Below are positions 28,171 through 39,580 of a stretch of 64,000 bases of DNA, in pieces; the stretch's first letter is position 1, and every line of letters starts with the position of its first letter. Both the position numbers and the translations under genes were made by a program. The notes beneath the pieces are model-generated. The model did no database searches. It was not told the DNA's origin and was given only the letters and a program-made list of their open reading frames with translations. This stretch comes from Macrostomum lignano (taxonomy: Eukaryota): NCBI GenBank assembly GCA_002269645.1, contig NIVC01000920.1, forward strand, positions 186,001 through 250,000, written 5' to 3'.

Positions 28171-29812
28171 AGATCGGGCGTTGCAGCCGCCAGGAGTTCC
28201 TCCTCCTCCTCGGCGCTCACCAGCTTCGGGTCGGGGTCGCCGGTGTCCATGGGCTCCTCTTCAGCAAAAGGCCCCCGATTGGTCGGAAGGCAGTAGGCAG
28301 CGTTCGCCGCCCTTCTCCCACCGGCCACGGGGTCCTCCGCTTCAGACTGGCCCAATGCCCTTGAGCAGCCAGCCGCCTGGGCAGGCGGGTCCGTCTCCAG
28401 CCGGCCCTGCCCCGAGAGGTTGGGCTCAGCTGGGACGTCCCCACCCTCCCTGGACGAGCTGGTGCGCCTAGGCGTCCCGGCGACCTCTATCCTCAGCTGG
28501 GTGATTTTAGCGGTGCGGACCGCCTCAGCTGCGCGCTGCAGGTACAGGCCGTGCCGCTTGGTGCTGCGCGCCGGGCGTCGGTCTCCTCCGCCCTCAGCAG
28601 CGCGTTCGGCTTTACCCGCGCGGCCGTGCTGCCGGGCGGGGCGGTTTGCTTTGGCAGCCTGAGCAGAAGCTCGCGCCTCGGCCCCGGCTGCTTCGGCATT
28701 CCGCCCGCCCTGCTCACTGCCACGGGGAGGGTCGGCCTCGTAGGAGCGGATGCGCAGCTTCCAAAGGCCGACTTTGATGAAGCTGTCGTGTGGATAGCGC
28801 CTCATCCAGGCGTCCGACAGCCCCAGGATGGCTGTGAAGCCAGTGCCGTCGGTGCGCTTAAGGGTGTCATGCACCACTAGGCCCGCCGCGGGAAGCTTTC
28901 GGTTGACTGCTAGGAGTCCTTTCCGGAGCTCGTCAGCAGAGGTAACGACGCTCCTGGCCGGAACCCAGATTCGATGCCTCTTGGTCCGGGGGCGCTCGTC
29001 CTCTCTGCAGAAGGCTAAATTGAGGTCCCAGCTCTGCTCGGGCAGCAGCTCAAGGAACCGCCGACCCGAGTCAGCATCACTGGGCCAAATGAGAAGGCAC
29101 GAGTCCCTCCTCGCATTCGAATGAATGTTCAGAGGCGTGCCCTTCAGAGTTTGCTTCCACAGGAGGCCATCAACGGCACTCTCACCTGCTTCAGCTGGTC
29201 GGCAGACAGGCGCGCGTCCTTCCCCAGAATGACAACCACCGGTTGCCTCTTTGCCGCATCAGCGTAGGAGGCCCGGGGGTCGGTGGAGCATTCTTCAGGT
29301 GGGCTGTCCACCCTCCCGGCTGCATCGGCCTCCCTATCCTGAGCAGGGACTTCAGTGGGCTCGAGGCCCTCTTCCGCCACCGCCCCAGATTGGGAAGCTT
29401 CCGCTGCCGCGGGCCGTTGGCCTCTGGCGCCGGTTAGTCTTCCGCCCTCCTTGGCCCGCCTCGCCTTGTTAAGTCGACGGCTGTCAGCTCCAGAGGTGGT
29501 GCTCAGCTGCTTGGCAGCCGGAGTAGCAGGTGTCTTCTCGGAGGCACCGCTCAGAGTTGGCTCCACGGGTCTCGCCGAGGCGTCCCCGATGGTAGCAGGT
29601 GGTATGGCCGCGGAGTCCACGGCCCCAGCCAAGGCCGGAGGCACTGTGTCATCCACAGCCGGTTGGGTACTTCGGTTAGAAGCATTGGCTGGAAGTAAAA
29701 AGGTGGGACTTCCTGCAGAACACAGGCAAAGAGCCGCAAGGCCGCAACCCCAAACCAAGCGGCAGGCCCCCAAAAAGCAAATACCACCCTGCGGGGGGAC
29801 CCAAAAGCGCAA
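28038..29812 (-). pseudogene. ORF1 (gag-like) of the LINE, split by one frameshift near 29180
   Basis: ORF 29812-29144 (…ASYADAAKRQPVVVILG) continues in another frame (SAVDGLLWKQ…RIWVPARS…LLAVNRKLP…VVHDTLKRTDGTGFTAILGLSDAW) to 28038. It is homologous to the ORF1 fragment at 57390-58520. Confidence 0.8.
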
Positions 29813-32800
29813 GGGGAACCATTAGTGACCAGTCTACTCCCTGGCCAAGCGTCCATCAGCACGGAGTTACACTGAGACATTAGAGGGTGCGTTTATATGG
29901 TCACACCATGCAGGACCCGGCGCCAACGAATCAGCTCGGCAGGGCCCAAGAAGCGCTTAACACCCACGGGACGAGTACCCTTCGAAGTGCGCCTTGCAAG
30001 GTGAAAATCAGGAGACAGAGTCTCTTGAGCTATCAGCCCGCCAGGGGAGGCAGGTGTGAGCATCGCTGGCTGGGATAAGGGCCATACCAGTCTCATACTG
30101 CACAGATAGTTCACCACGCCATTGCGTGCAGGACCCGGGGTCCTGGGCGCAACAGCCCCGGCCCATTTTTAGAGGAGGTTTTGAGTCTTCATTAGATGTA
30201 TATGTAGCATTTTTATTTCTATCTTTACAAGCTTGGGCGACTCTTCCCCAAGTAACTGTTGTAGTCGTCGACGGATCTAATATTAATATTCTAATTGTGA
30301 AAAAAGCCGTCGCTTTTTAGGTTTATATATGAAGAGGTTTAATACTTTTAATGCTTTCAAAGTGCATTTTCAGTACAAATTCTTTGTTTAAAACTTTTAG
30401 CATGTCTATTGATTTGTTTAACTGTTTTAGCTGCGCTGCACATTTTAAAAAAGCATAGTGCTTCGGTTCAAAAAAGTTCGCGAAAATTACTAACAGTTTA
30501 AAATAGAGAACCATTTCTAGCTTACTAGCTAGTAGCTAGTGTGTCCTGTTATAATGATTCTGTATGTAATGTAACTCCTGATAAATTTAAATCGTAAATT
30601 CATCTATAAAAAAAGGGAAATCTTTTTCTTGAAGGCTAATGTTTTCTAAGCCGTTGCAGATGAAGAGGGCTTGTATGACTATGAGACTTGCATGTGAAAT
30701 AATCAATCCTATCAGATATATCCTTAAATTTGTATTTTTTAGCTCTTATTACCAACCGTCTTATTTATTTTTAAGAATTACAATTAGACGCAGTAGTAAG
30801 AGTAAGATTATAGGATCTACTTTATTTTAATTTTTAATGTGCTTTATCCTTATGCCTTATATTTATCCCTTTTGGGTAAGCCCTACAATTAATTCAAATT
30901 GAAGAAATAGAAATTTTTATTATTTTTTATATAAAATAATAAGCTGATAAAGCATAATAGCAATATGGCCTATGTCTTTTTAGCCCTTTTCAAAAACTAA
31001 ATTTTGCCATATGGCCTATAGCTTTATGCAACATTGTACTAAATAAGAACATATTGTTATACATTTATTTTGATATAATGAGGCATTGTCATAGTCACTT
31101 TGTTTGCTTTATTATATATTGCATTTTATAAAGGTTAAAGAAGTGAATTTTGTAATATAGAAATATTAGCCTTGGCTTAATCTTATTTCTATTAGAAATT
31201 TCAACAAATTAAAATTAATGAAAATAATACTTAAATTTCAATTAGAAGAACATATTAAATCTCTATATTAGATATAATTCTTCAAAATTCTTTTATAATC
31301 CTTTTTTAAAGCTTTAAACTCATATAATATTTAGTGCTAGTTAAGCCTTGATAATTGTTATTAATATTTTCCCAATTTTAACTTTATAGTATATAAATTT
31401 CCTTATTTTTATAATGCAATTATTTTTGTATTGATTTTTTCTTAAAATTTTTTACACTAACTAAGTAAAGTAGTATTAAATAATAAAGCAGCTTTGATTT
31501 AGCTATTAAATGTATCTTAGCACTAATTTCAGGATTGTATTCTGATATATACAAGAATAAAAGTTTTTTTCTAGCTCTTATATGCCAATGTATACCAAAA
31601 GACTTTTATTATAATTGAAAGTAGGCCTATGCCAAAACAAAATAAAAAAATGATAACTGATATTTTAGGCTTGTAACATCTTTGTAAAAAAGATTAATGA
31701 GGTTAAATTATAAAGAGCTAGTTTATTTAAATTATTTTTGTTTTACTTTTAACTTTTTAGAAAAAAGTAAATTTTTTTAAATTCAGTTTTCTATTAATTT
31801 TTGTAAGCTACTCTATGTATATAAAGATGATGACAAACTTGAACTTAGTCATCTTTTGAATGCTAACTATGTATATTTATTGGGACTTAGATTTTGGTCT
31901 TATTTGCTGTCTTAGTGATTTATGAATCAAGCTGTGCATTAAGGGATATGCCAAGCCTCTATGTTTACCAATTTTATTATGCCAATAGTATATACCAGAT
32001 CCCTTTGTATGCCAGAAAATTCTGGCATATATGTATATAATCTAGAGTCTGGACTTGGTATACCCAAAATTTAGAATTTGGGATAAGCCTATTTATAATA
32101 TACTCGCTTTTGTGTTTATTATTTTGATTTTTATTCTTTTTGAAATTCTTTATATTTCTATTTATAATAAGTTAGTATTTAGGTTATTATAATGTTAATA
32201 AACTAATGATAATTAACTTACATTACTTTTAAGTCTTGCTAGCTATAGGTATATGTACAAGTAAATACCTGAGTATGCATCTATTAATGTATATTACAAG
32301 CTATATAATGGTTCATTATATCCAAGTTTATTAAAGTAGAATTCTTGCATTGTATATTTGCCTTAGATTATAGAAATAATTATACTAAACTACAAGGTTA
32401 TTAGCTTATTTTAAAAAGCATTATTTCTGCATAATCAATGTGTATATAACCATATAAGCTCTTCATGTAGGCCCTAAGTAACTGACTTTGTTGTTGTATA
32501 CTTTAAATTGTTAAATGTTCTATTTGCAACATTAGCTACTAACATCAAGCCATCCATTTTTAGAGCCAAGTATCTCAAAGATCACCTGGATCCCTTTTTA
32601 TGCTTTTTCCTCTGTCTTGTTCTCCTTCTATCCTCCCTTTGTCTTCTTTTACTTCCTTCCCCTTTACCTCTTCATGCCTATGGGGCACCATTGGTGCCAT
32701 TTGTCCTTGACCATTTTCATGGTGAAGCGCAAATAATAATAATAGTAAACAATAAAATTCCATTTGTTTATTTATGCTCTTGTTTTGAGAGTTAATCTTA

Positions 32801-32859
32801 CTCATAGAAGCTGCCTAAAGCTTTCTTTATATAGCCCATATCTGCTAATGATTTCAGCA

Positions 32860-35800
32860 ATGTGGCAACAGCCCAAAGATTTTTCTGGGACTGGTCAGTA
32901 TCAGCGACAGCAGCAGCCGGTGCCTCTTAGGCACCAGGACTTGCAGCAGAGGCAACAGCAAAGCTGGCCTAACCATCAGTCCAACTGTCCACAGCAGCAG
33001 CAGCAGCCTCTACTGCAAGCAATGCCACAGCAAATGCAATTCAACCAGGCCCCGCAATTCCAGCAGAGAAATCAGCTTCTTCAGCCTAGCTATCAAGCAA
33101 TCCAGCCGCAGCAGCAGCAGCCTGAACAGTTGTCAACGCAATACTTCGAAAATGAAGAGTATTTCGAGCACTTACTTCAGCCAGAGTCAGTTCAGCATCA
33201 GTTTCAAGCACAAATGCCTCAGCAGCAGCAGTATCAGCAACAGCAGCCAGCTCTGCAGACAGATTGGCTGGCCCAGCACTCATCCATGCAGCAGCAGCAG
33301 CCAGTATTTTATGCGGTCAACAACAACGCACAAGATGGCTTTCGAATGCCAGCGCCGCAACCGCCGCCACAACAGCCCCTGCTGCTGCTGCCACCGCAGC
33401 AACCTACAACTGCGGCTCCCGCTGCAGCTCAGCCACATGCTGCTCCACTGCCAACCCCGTCGGGCCAGGTCAACTCAGCCTCAACGTCTGTTGTTAAAGT
33501 TGAAAACGGTGGCCAGTCAAATGAAGTAGCCAAGAGATCGGAACAACCGCCTCAAATGCCAAGGCCGGTGCGCCCGCCGCCACCGCAGATGACGCCCAGT
33601 GCGGATCAGATGCTGCAGAATAGGGGCCAGGTAGGTCGACGTCGCGAATAACTTTGCAGCTTAAAGTAGAATGAACCACTCGATTTTTTTGTTTAAAGAA
33701 TAAAGCTTTTTTCTGGATTTTTCTGTCTGTAAGGATTAACTTTAAAAGCAAGGTTTCGAAGAATTTAGAAAATGCAAAAAATGTAGCTGGTCTCACAGTT
33801 CCAAGCATTCGGGAACACAAAAGCACAACATATCAATGGAGTTTTGATGTGAACTAACTGCCCCATCGTTGTACACGGTCATCTTGTGGGTCATCTGCCG
33901 TGGTGACAGACGATTCATGAGGCGAAGGCGTCATGCGTCATCAGTTTGGTGTCCTGGGGTGAGGGCAACTTTGGCCCAATGGAGAACGTAGTCGGCCGCT
34001 GGCGGCTGGGGCCTGCGGAGGCGAAGTAGTGGTCGGGCATCTGGTGACACGGGCGCACCAGTTGCACCGCCAGTCGCTGGTGTCCGCTTCCCTAGGGCGA
34101 ACACGGGGGAAGCCTGTGCATTTCTTGTGAGCCGGCTCTCTGCAATGGGGTCACCGCGACAGAGGAAGTCGGCAGCTTCCACCCGGCCGACGCCAGTGAT
34201 CGGCAACGTCTAGATCGATCGTATTGGCCGGGGTAGCAGCTGGCAGACGACTTTCAGATCGCTGGAATGCGGTTCTGTTGCAGTGAACTCACGCAGCGGG
34301 CGGCAGGTGGTCTTGACAACGCCAGGTATCAGTGGACTGGGATTGGAGTAAGCTGCTGCATGAGTGTTAGTAGTGGCAGACGGCCACAGGGGGTAAAGCA
34401 GATAGGGGGGGGGGGGTTGGATTTCACTTCGCCAGCAAGGACGAGGCGGAGACGCACCACAGGGGCTGATCAGAGTAAGTACTGAGAGCGATAAAAAAGG
34501 CACTAGGTGCACCCACTGGTGGCCCGAGTCATGGACTCGAGGACTAGGTGGGGGTTCTGTACGAAGCATTCGTTTGCGGCCAGGGTTGGTCGTGACCACG
34601 AGCTGCTGCGGCAACATTGAATATACGCCCTGTGCCTCGGTGACAATCTTTTCTCGTGACATCACAAGGTTGCCAGATCGAATAAATAATGATTGTTGGA
34701 GCCAAATGAAGTCTTGCATTGCAACCGTCATCATAACTCATCTTTACTCCGTAACTCCGCAGAGGCTAATCGTTAGGCTTCAACACGACTGGAATGGTAA
34801 TTAAAACAGTTCATGTAAATCGAGTTAGTTTGTTTCTAGTTCGGATGCAGCAATATTTATGCAGCGATTTATTTAAAATAACGTGTCAAATAAAAAAGTA
34901 ATAAATTTTTGAACGCCTGTACGAAATGAAAAATAAAAAAGACAGGAAGTATTTATTTGACCTTTTCTACCCTTGAATCGTTGACGATTGACATAGAAAA
35001 AAAATCTGATTTAAAATTTGATACACATTTATTATTGCAACATTCCTAAGGCAATGCTGGCACTACGGCCCAGCCAAGCCATGGGGGTGGCCAACCTCTT
35101 GCCCGCCGATCAGCCGGCCCTGTTTGAGCTGGTCGGCTGCTTGACCGGACCGGCTAAGCCGCTGCGATGGCGGAACATCATCTCTGACAGCAGCTTACCA
35201 GTGGCCGATAATAATAATAACAACAAAACCAGCGTAGGCGAGTGGGATTTCTTCCTTCGCGATTCGATTGGCGGAGGCGAACCGTTGCGCTGCGTCTACT
35301 TTGAGATGGACGAGACGGAAGACGACAATCAAGTGAGAATGTTGATTAGATGTCATGTATTTGACTACTGTCTATTCACTAGTAATATCTGAGTCATTGC
35401 ATATGGTTATTTCGTATGCAACTTTTGTATATATTTGTATATATGACAGAGGAAGGGGGAATAGAGGAGAGAAGAAGACAGAGAAGAGGAGTGGAAAGAA
35501 GAAAGATAAGAAGAGATAACGGCCCTGAGCGGGCCGTTGATTGCTTTTGTGAAGTTTCAAAGGACCCGATAGCCGGATAGAGAGGCATCGCGGACCGGAG
35601 TTTGCCGACCCCTAGCATACACAGATTGTACTCGGTAGTTTTCATATCTATTAATGGGTGTTACATATAATATGACGTCATTCTCTGGCCAGTTTATTTT
35701 TTTAGTATCAAAGAGCAGTAGATCAGAGAAAGCTTCTCATCTGCAATCTGATTTGTTTGTCAACCAGGCCAGGCAGCTGCTTCTTCAAAAGCAGGCGCAG

Positions 35801-35956
35801 CCGCAGACTGTCAGATGCGTTGGACAGATTTGCCTCAGCCAGACCTGGTTCCAGTGCTATTCTGTTCGGGTATGTTCTCAAAACGAGACTGGCCAGCACG
35901 CTCTATGTCGTCGAAAATGCGAAACAGAATGGTGGAAGCTGTTCCAACAGGACTAA
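32860..35956 (+). CDS. SPATA22: SPATA22-like meiotic protein: Q/P-rich N-terminus + C-terminal OB-fold, 3 exons
   Basis: Exons 32860-33630 (MWQQPKDF…, GTAGGT donor), 35051-35332 and 35768-35956, all phase 0. The spliced C-terminus LFELVGCL…WDFFLRDS…LRCVYFEMD…VRCVGQ…FQCYSVR aligns by eye with the human SPATA22 OB-fold as I recall it (LFEV…FLMRD…LPCVFYEID…HRCVG…FQCVSVR). No database search was run. Confidence 0.72.
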
Positions 35957-36453
35957 CGAGGTTCATTGCCTGGTATTGCACGTTGTTGTGGTAACAGTTA
36001 GCACTGATATTTAAGGTTTCCGCAAGATAAATTAGCAACCGAGTGGTCAAATTTATAAAGTTTAATTGCTAGATAAGTAGTTCTTTTTTTACTTCTTCCA
36101 CTTTGCTTTATTTTTTTTCTCAGCATTTCGTTATCTGTTGTGTTTTTATCCAGCCATATAGTTTTCCATCTTTTTGTTTTTTTCATAGTTGCATTTTGTG
36201 GAATTTATCTCAATCACTAAGCTTTTGTTGGTTTTTTGTGGCATTTGATGGTTTTCTTTGTTTTGTTTTGTTTTTTAAACATATACACGTAAATAAACAG
36301 TATCGTTACTCTTTCATAATTTAAAAAGATTGTACGAGTATTATCGTTTATTTCTTATTTTATCGAGTTTGGGAAGCATAAGTGTTTTAATTTCTTGGAT
36401 GTGAGCCTGCTTTTGCTTAGAACTTTTCCATTTTGTAAATTGAATATAGAAGG

Positions 36454-36548
36454 ACCGGGAACACGAGAATTGCCCGCCGAGCTTTGCCCGCATTTTTTCC
36501 TTGCAATTTTCCCCCGAGCGAATTACCTGCTGAGTTTTTCCCAAGGCG
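36454..36548. mobile_element. Solo end of a foldback/MITE family (same family as 41148-41475)
   Basis: GAACACGAGAATTGCCCGCCGAG followed by short degenerate sub-terminal repeats, shared with 41148 onward. Confidence 0.55.
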
Positions 36549-36554
36549 CCTAGT

Positions 36555-37170
36555 CTGACTCAAGAAATGACGTTCCAGGAACGCAGCCACTTCAAGTTGG
36601 TCTAGAGACCCAGAGGACACAGCTCCCTCTGATTGGCGGAGCAGCTGAACAGATAGGTGACGTTTTGGGGGTTCCAGGCCACAGTCTACGAGAAAAGCGT
36701 GAAAACGCCGTGAAAACGTTGATTCTTGCTTGAAAGTCGCGGAACAGCGAGCAAAAGCTTGAGCGCAGCTCTGCCAGGATGCACCGTATGCGGCGGGGGA
36801 GCTGTCTCGGAGCAATGGATCTCCGGCCGGTCTCCAATGACGCGATTGTGAGGCAGCCTATTAAGCGTGTCCTGGACCAGTCCGCGTTTAAATGTTCCGC
36901 GGTGAAAATGGCGGTCTTCATGAGCCTGTGTGGCGGCGGCAGAGCTGACAGGTGGTGACACGGATGCTCAGGACACCGGGTCAGGAGCTTGAACCGGAGC
37001 AACAGGAGGCGATAGCTTGTAGTGCTGGCGGACGGGGAGCAGCCGGACCTTACAGTGGAGGTCCGCTTCAGGCGTTAAAGCAGTGCAGTCGTTGATGCAA
37101 CGGATGGCCGCGTTCTGGACACTGCAGCTGAGTCCAGGAGGTCTGAAAGATGATGGGGCCCCAAGCATAG
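36555..37170 (-). mobile_element. Degenerate 3' fragment of a non-LTR retrotransposon ORF2 (post-RT/C-terminal zinc-knuckle region, I/Jockey-like)
   Basis: Frameshifted pieces read VQNAAIRCINDCTALTPEADLH…LLPVRQH, HPCHHL…PPHRLMKT, NRVIG, LPRRIRCILAELRSSFCSL…ARIN, DCGLEP, YLFSC and EVAAFL, matching LINE C-terminal motifs. Confidence 0.7.
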
Positions 37171-37225
37171 GCGTGTCTTTAGAAGGCTTCCGTCGAACGC
37201 CTTGTAATTAGTCAGCAGCAATTTT

Positions 37226-39217
37226 TTAAATCAGTCCCAAGTTTAGCCGGCCAGACAGCGCCAATACTAGTTCTCTTCCGCACTTTCTCCGCCAGTCTCG
37301 AGAAGAAAGCTTGGGGTCGAAATTGACGCCCGAAATCTTCCATTTAAGCTGCTCTGCCCGATGTGCTTCATCGGTATTGTATGTACGTCCCTATATGGTT
37401 TGTACACGAGGGCCAACCCCCCCCCTCCCAAGGCGCAGTGTGTACATGCTCACCGCTGATTGTGGGACGATGTCGCTGAAGGCTTGTGTCAGGGTCAGGG
37501 AAAAAATTTCTCTGCGTTCTTCAAAATGAAATGTTTATTAAATGCCAACTGAAAGATGCAGTGCACGTTTTTTTGCTCGTGCCTTTAAAGAAGCTTTACC
37601 CGTAACTAAGCTAATTTTTTGCTAAACTAAAAATCTACAGAAGCATTTTAAGTTCTAAAATTTAATTTTAAAATGCTAAGGAACTTTGAAAGACAGTTTC
37701 GTTGCGGTAAAATGTAACGTTGGCAACGTAAATGTATTAAAAATTAACATTGCAGTCTGGTGAAAAATATAGTGTGGATAGAACTAACTATTAGCTCCTA
37801 AAACTACTCTAGATTCTATAATTGGCTATAGCTAAGCGCCTCTAAAATAAAAAGCCATACCTACCACCTAATAAAAATCCATGGAGCAATATAAAATTCA
37901 CTAAATCGTACGTAAAAGCAGCATTGCGTGTTAAGAGTTCTTTCCAACTTTTTACTCTGCCTACCCAAACTTCAATGCATGCATTTTCACTTTGTTGGAC
38001 ACGTCACTATGCTATAAACTGAGAGCCTCAATGCCTGTATCGAAGCTAAAAAATTGTTGCCTTGGCTAGCGCGTTATTTCACTGTCCTGAGCTCGCGGCT
38101 TCATTACCCACGACAACTGGCGCTTCAACAGATTCTGGCACTGCTCAATGCTGACCGGCTGGTTGGCCCGCAGGATGCAGAAGTTCTTCGGCGCTCCAAA
38201 TCTAGATTGGGCCATCTCCGAACGGACCTCGATGTCGCACTGAGTTATGCTGGAAATTTTGCGAATACGCCGGTCGTTCGGGTCGCAGATCACTTTCTCC
38301 AGCTGTTCAACAGTCCAGTTGAGTATTTGAAAGCAGCGACTGACCGGCTGCGACGTTTTTGTATCATCGTTGGGTGGTTGGGTTTCTCCTGCTGCATCGC
38401 AGGTGATACCGAAGTTTGTGGCCGGGTAACCTGGGTCGCACTGTGCCGATTCCGGGGCCACGCGCAGCAGTGTTTCATTGCCGGCTGTAAAATTCAGGTT
38501 GGGTACATGTAACAACTACTGGGACAGAACAACAAGCCTCCAACCGGATCGGAGGAGGTCGGTGGGTGGCACGGGTCAGAGACACGAAGGGAGGAGCGCG
38601 AACGGACGAGATAGAGGAAGCAGTACAGAGCGCATAAAGTGGACAGAGCAGGGCAAGGAGCGGTGCCCAACCGGTCATCAACCCCCGCAAACGTCCTCAC
38701 AAAAAGGCCTCGCTAATCAGTATCTTTCTTTAGACTTTACTAAAATAAAAATGGAGTGAAGAGGTCTGTACATGGAGATCAAATGGAATTTTCCAACGGC
38801 TTACCATTACGAGCGCTACTAAAAAAGACACAATTACTCACAGGTAGCGAAGTCGTTAGCTAAGCTTTCTACACTGCCGCTCGGCCCGCCGAAACCAGTT
38901 GTTGGTTCCATCATTGCATTGGCAGCTGTGCCAGCCGCAGCGGGACTGGTATCGGCTGCAGCAGCGGCCGTCTCGTCATCAGCCGGGTCGGCCATCAAAA
39001 GACCCTCGCTGAGCGGGAAGCGATGGGCGCAGTTGGGACACTGCACTCGAAGTTCGTTCAAGGCTCCGGTGATGACCGAGCCATCGTCATCCGAGCCGTC
39101 AGCGTTGCAGCTGCTGCGACGGCTATCGGACGCGATGCTGCTCTCGTCGCCGTTTGGAACCCGATGTTGCGGCTTCCTCACTCTGTAGTTGGATGTGCTG
39201 CTTTGGTAGCCGCTCAT
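37226..39217 (-). CDS. Protein with a CxxC motif and a divergent KH-like domain, 4 exons
   Basis: Exons 39217-38842, 38484-38083, 37518-37454 and 37390-37226 with GT-AG boundaries and phases 1, 1, 0 that all join in frame. It contains VQCPNCAHRF and FQILNWTVEQLEKVICDPNDRRIRKISSITQCDIEV…CILRANQPVSIEQCQNLL, a type-I KH pattern. The second donor (GTGAAA) is weak; the alternative is a stop at 38066. Confidence 0.7.
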
Positions 39218-39580
39218 TCTTTTATTGAGTGCTTATAATTTTACTAACAATTATTTTGATCTCTTCCAAGCTCTCAATCAGTCAGTTCTGTCTAAGATAA
39301 AGTATGCATTGGTGGTGAATTTTGCCATAGAAGTTACAAAAGTTACAAAAAATCTATTTCCGGGCAGTGACACTTTCCATAAAGCAAGCAGAGAAACTTG
39401 ATGAGGAGCCTGGTGTGCTGCAGACTGTCGATTTTATAGTAGAGATCGGCAACCACTAACATCTGCACACTAGCCAGCATAGGGCATGTATAACATGTAT
39501 AGCTGCTGGACAAGCATAACTTTTAATCCTTGGCAGGGACAATTCTGAAATACGCAGGTCTGCCTATAGTTTTCGGCTGT

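Larger units (their letters stand above)
24372..30162 (-). mobile_element. Full-length non-LTR retrotransposon (LOA/R1-like; ORF1 + APE-RT-RNase H-CCHC), inactivated
   Basis: 13-bp TSD CCATTTTTAGAGG at 24359-24371 and 30163-30175; 3' tail (TAAGTCAAG)2. APE motifs CLQINTQHC, QEPW, GNVNAH and SDH; RT motifs PGPDGI, FRPISLTSF, QGGVLTPVLWN and YADD; RNase H motifs YTDGS and SDSQAAL; C-terminal CPFC..EHFICHC. Confidence 0.96.
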
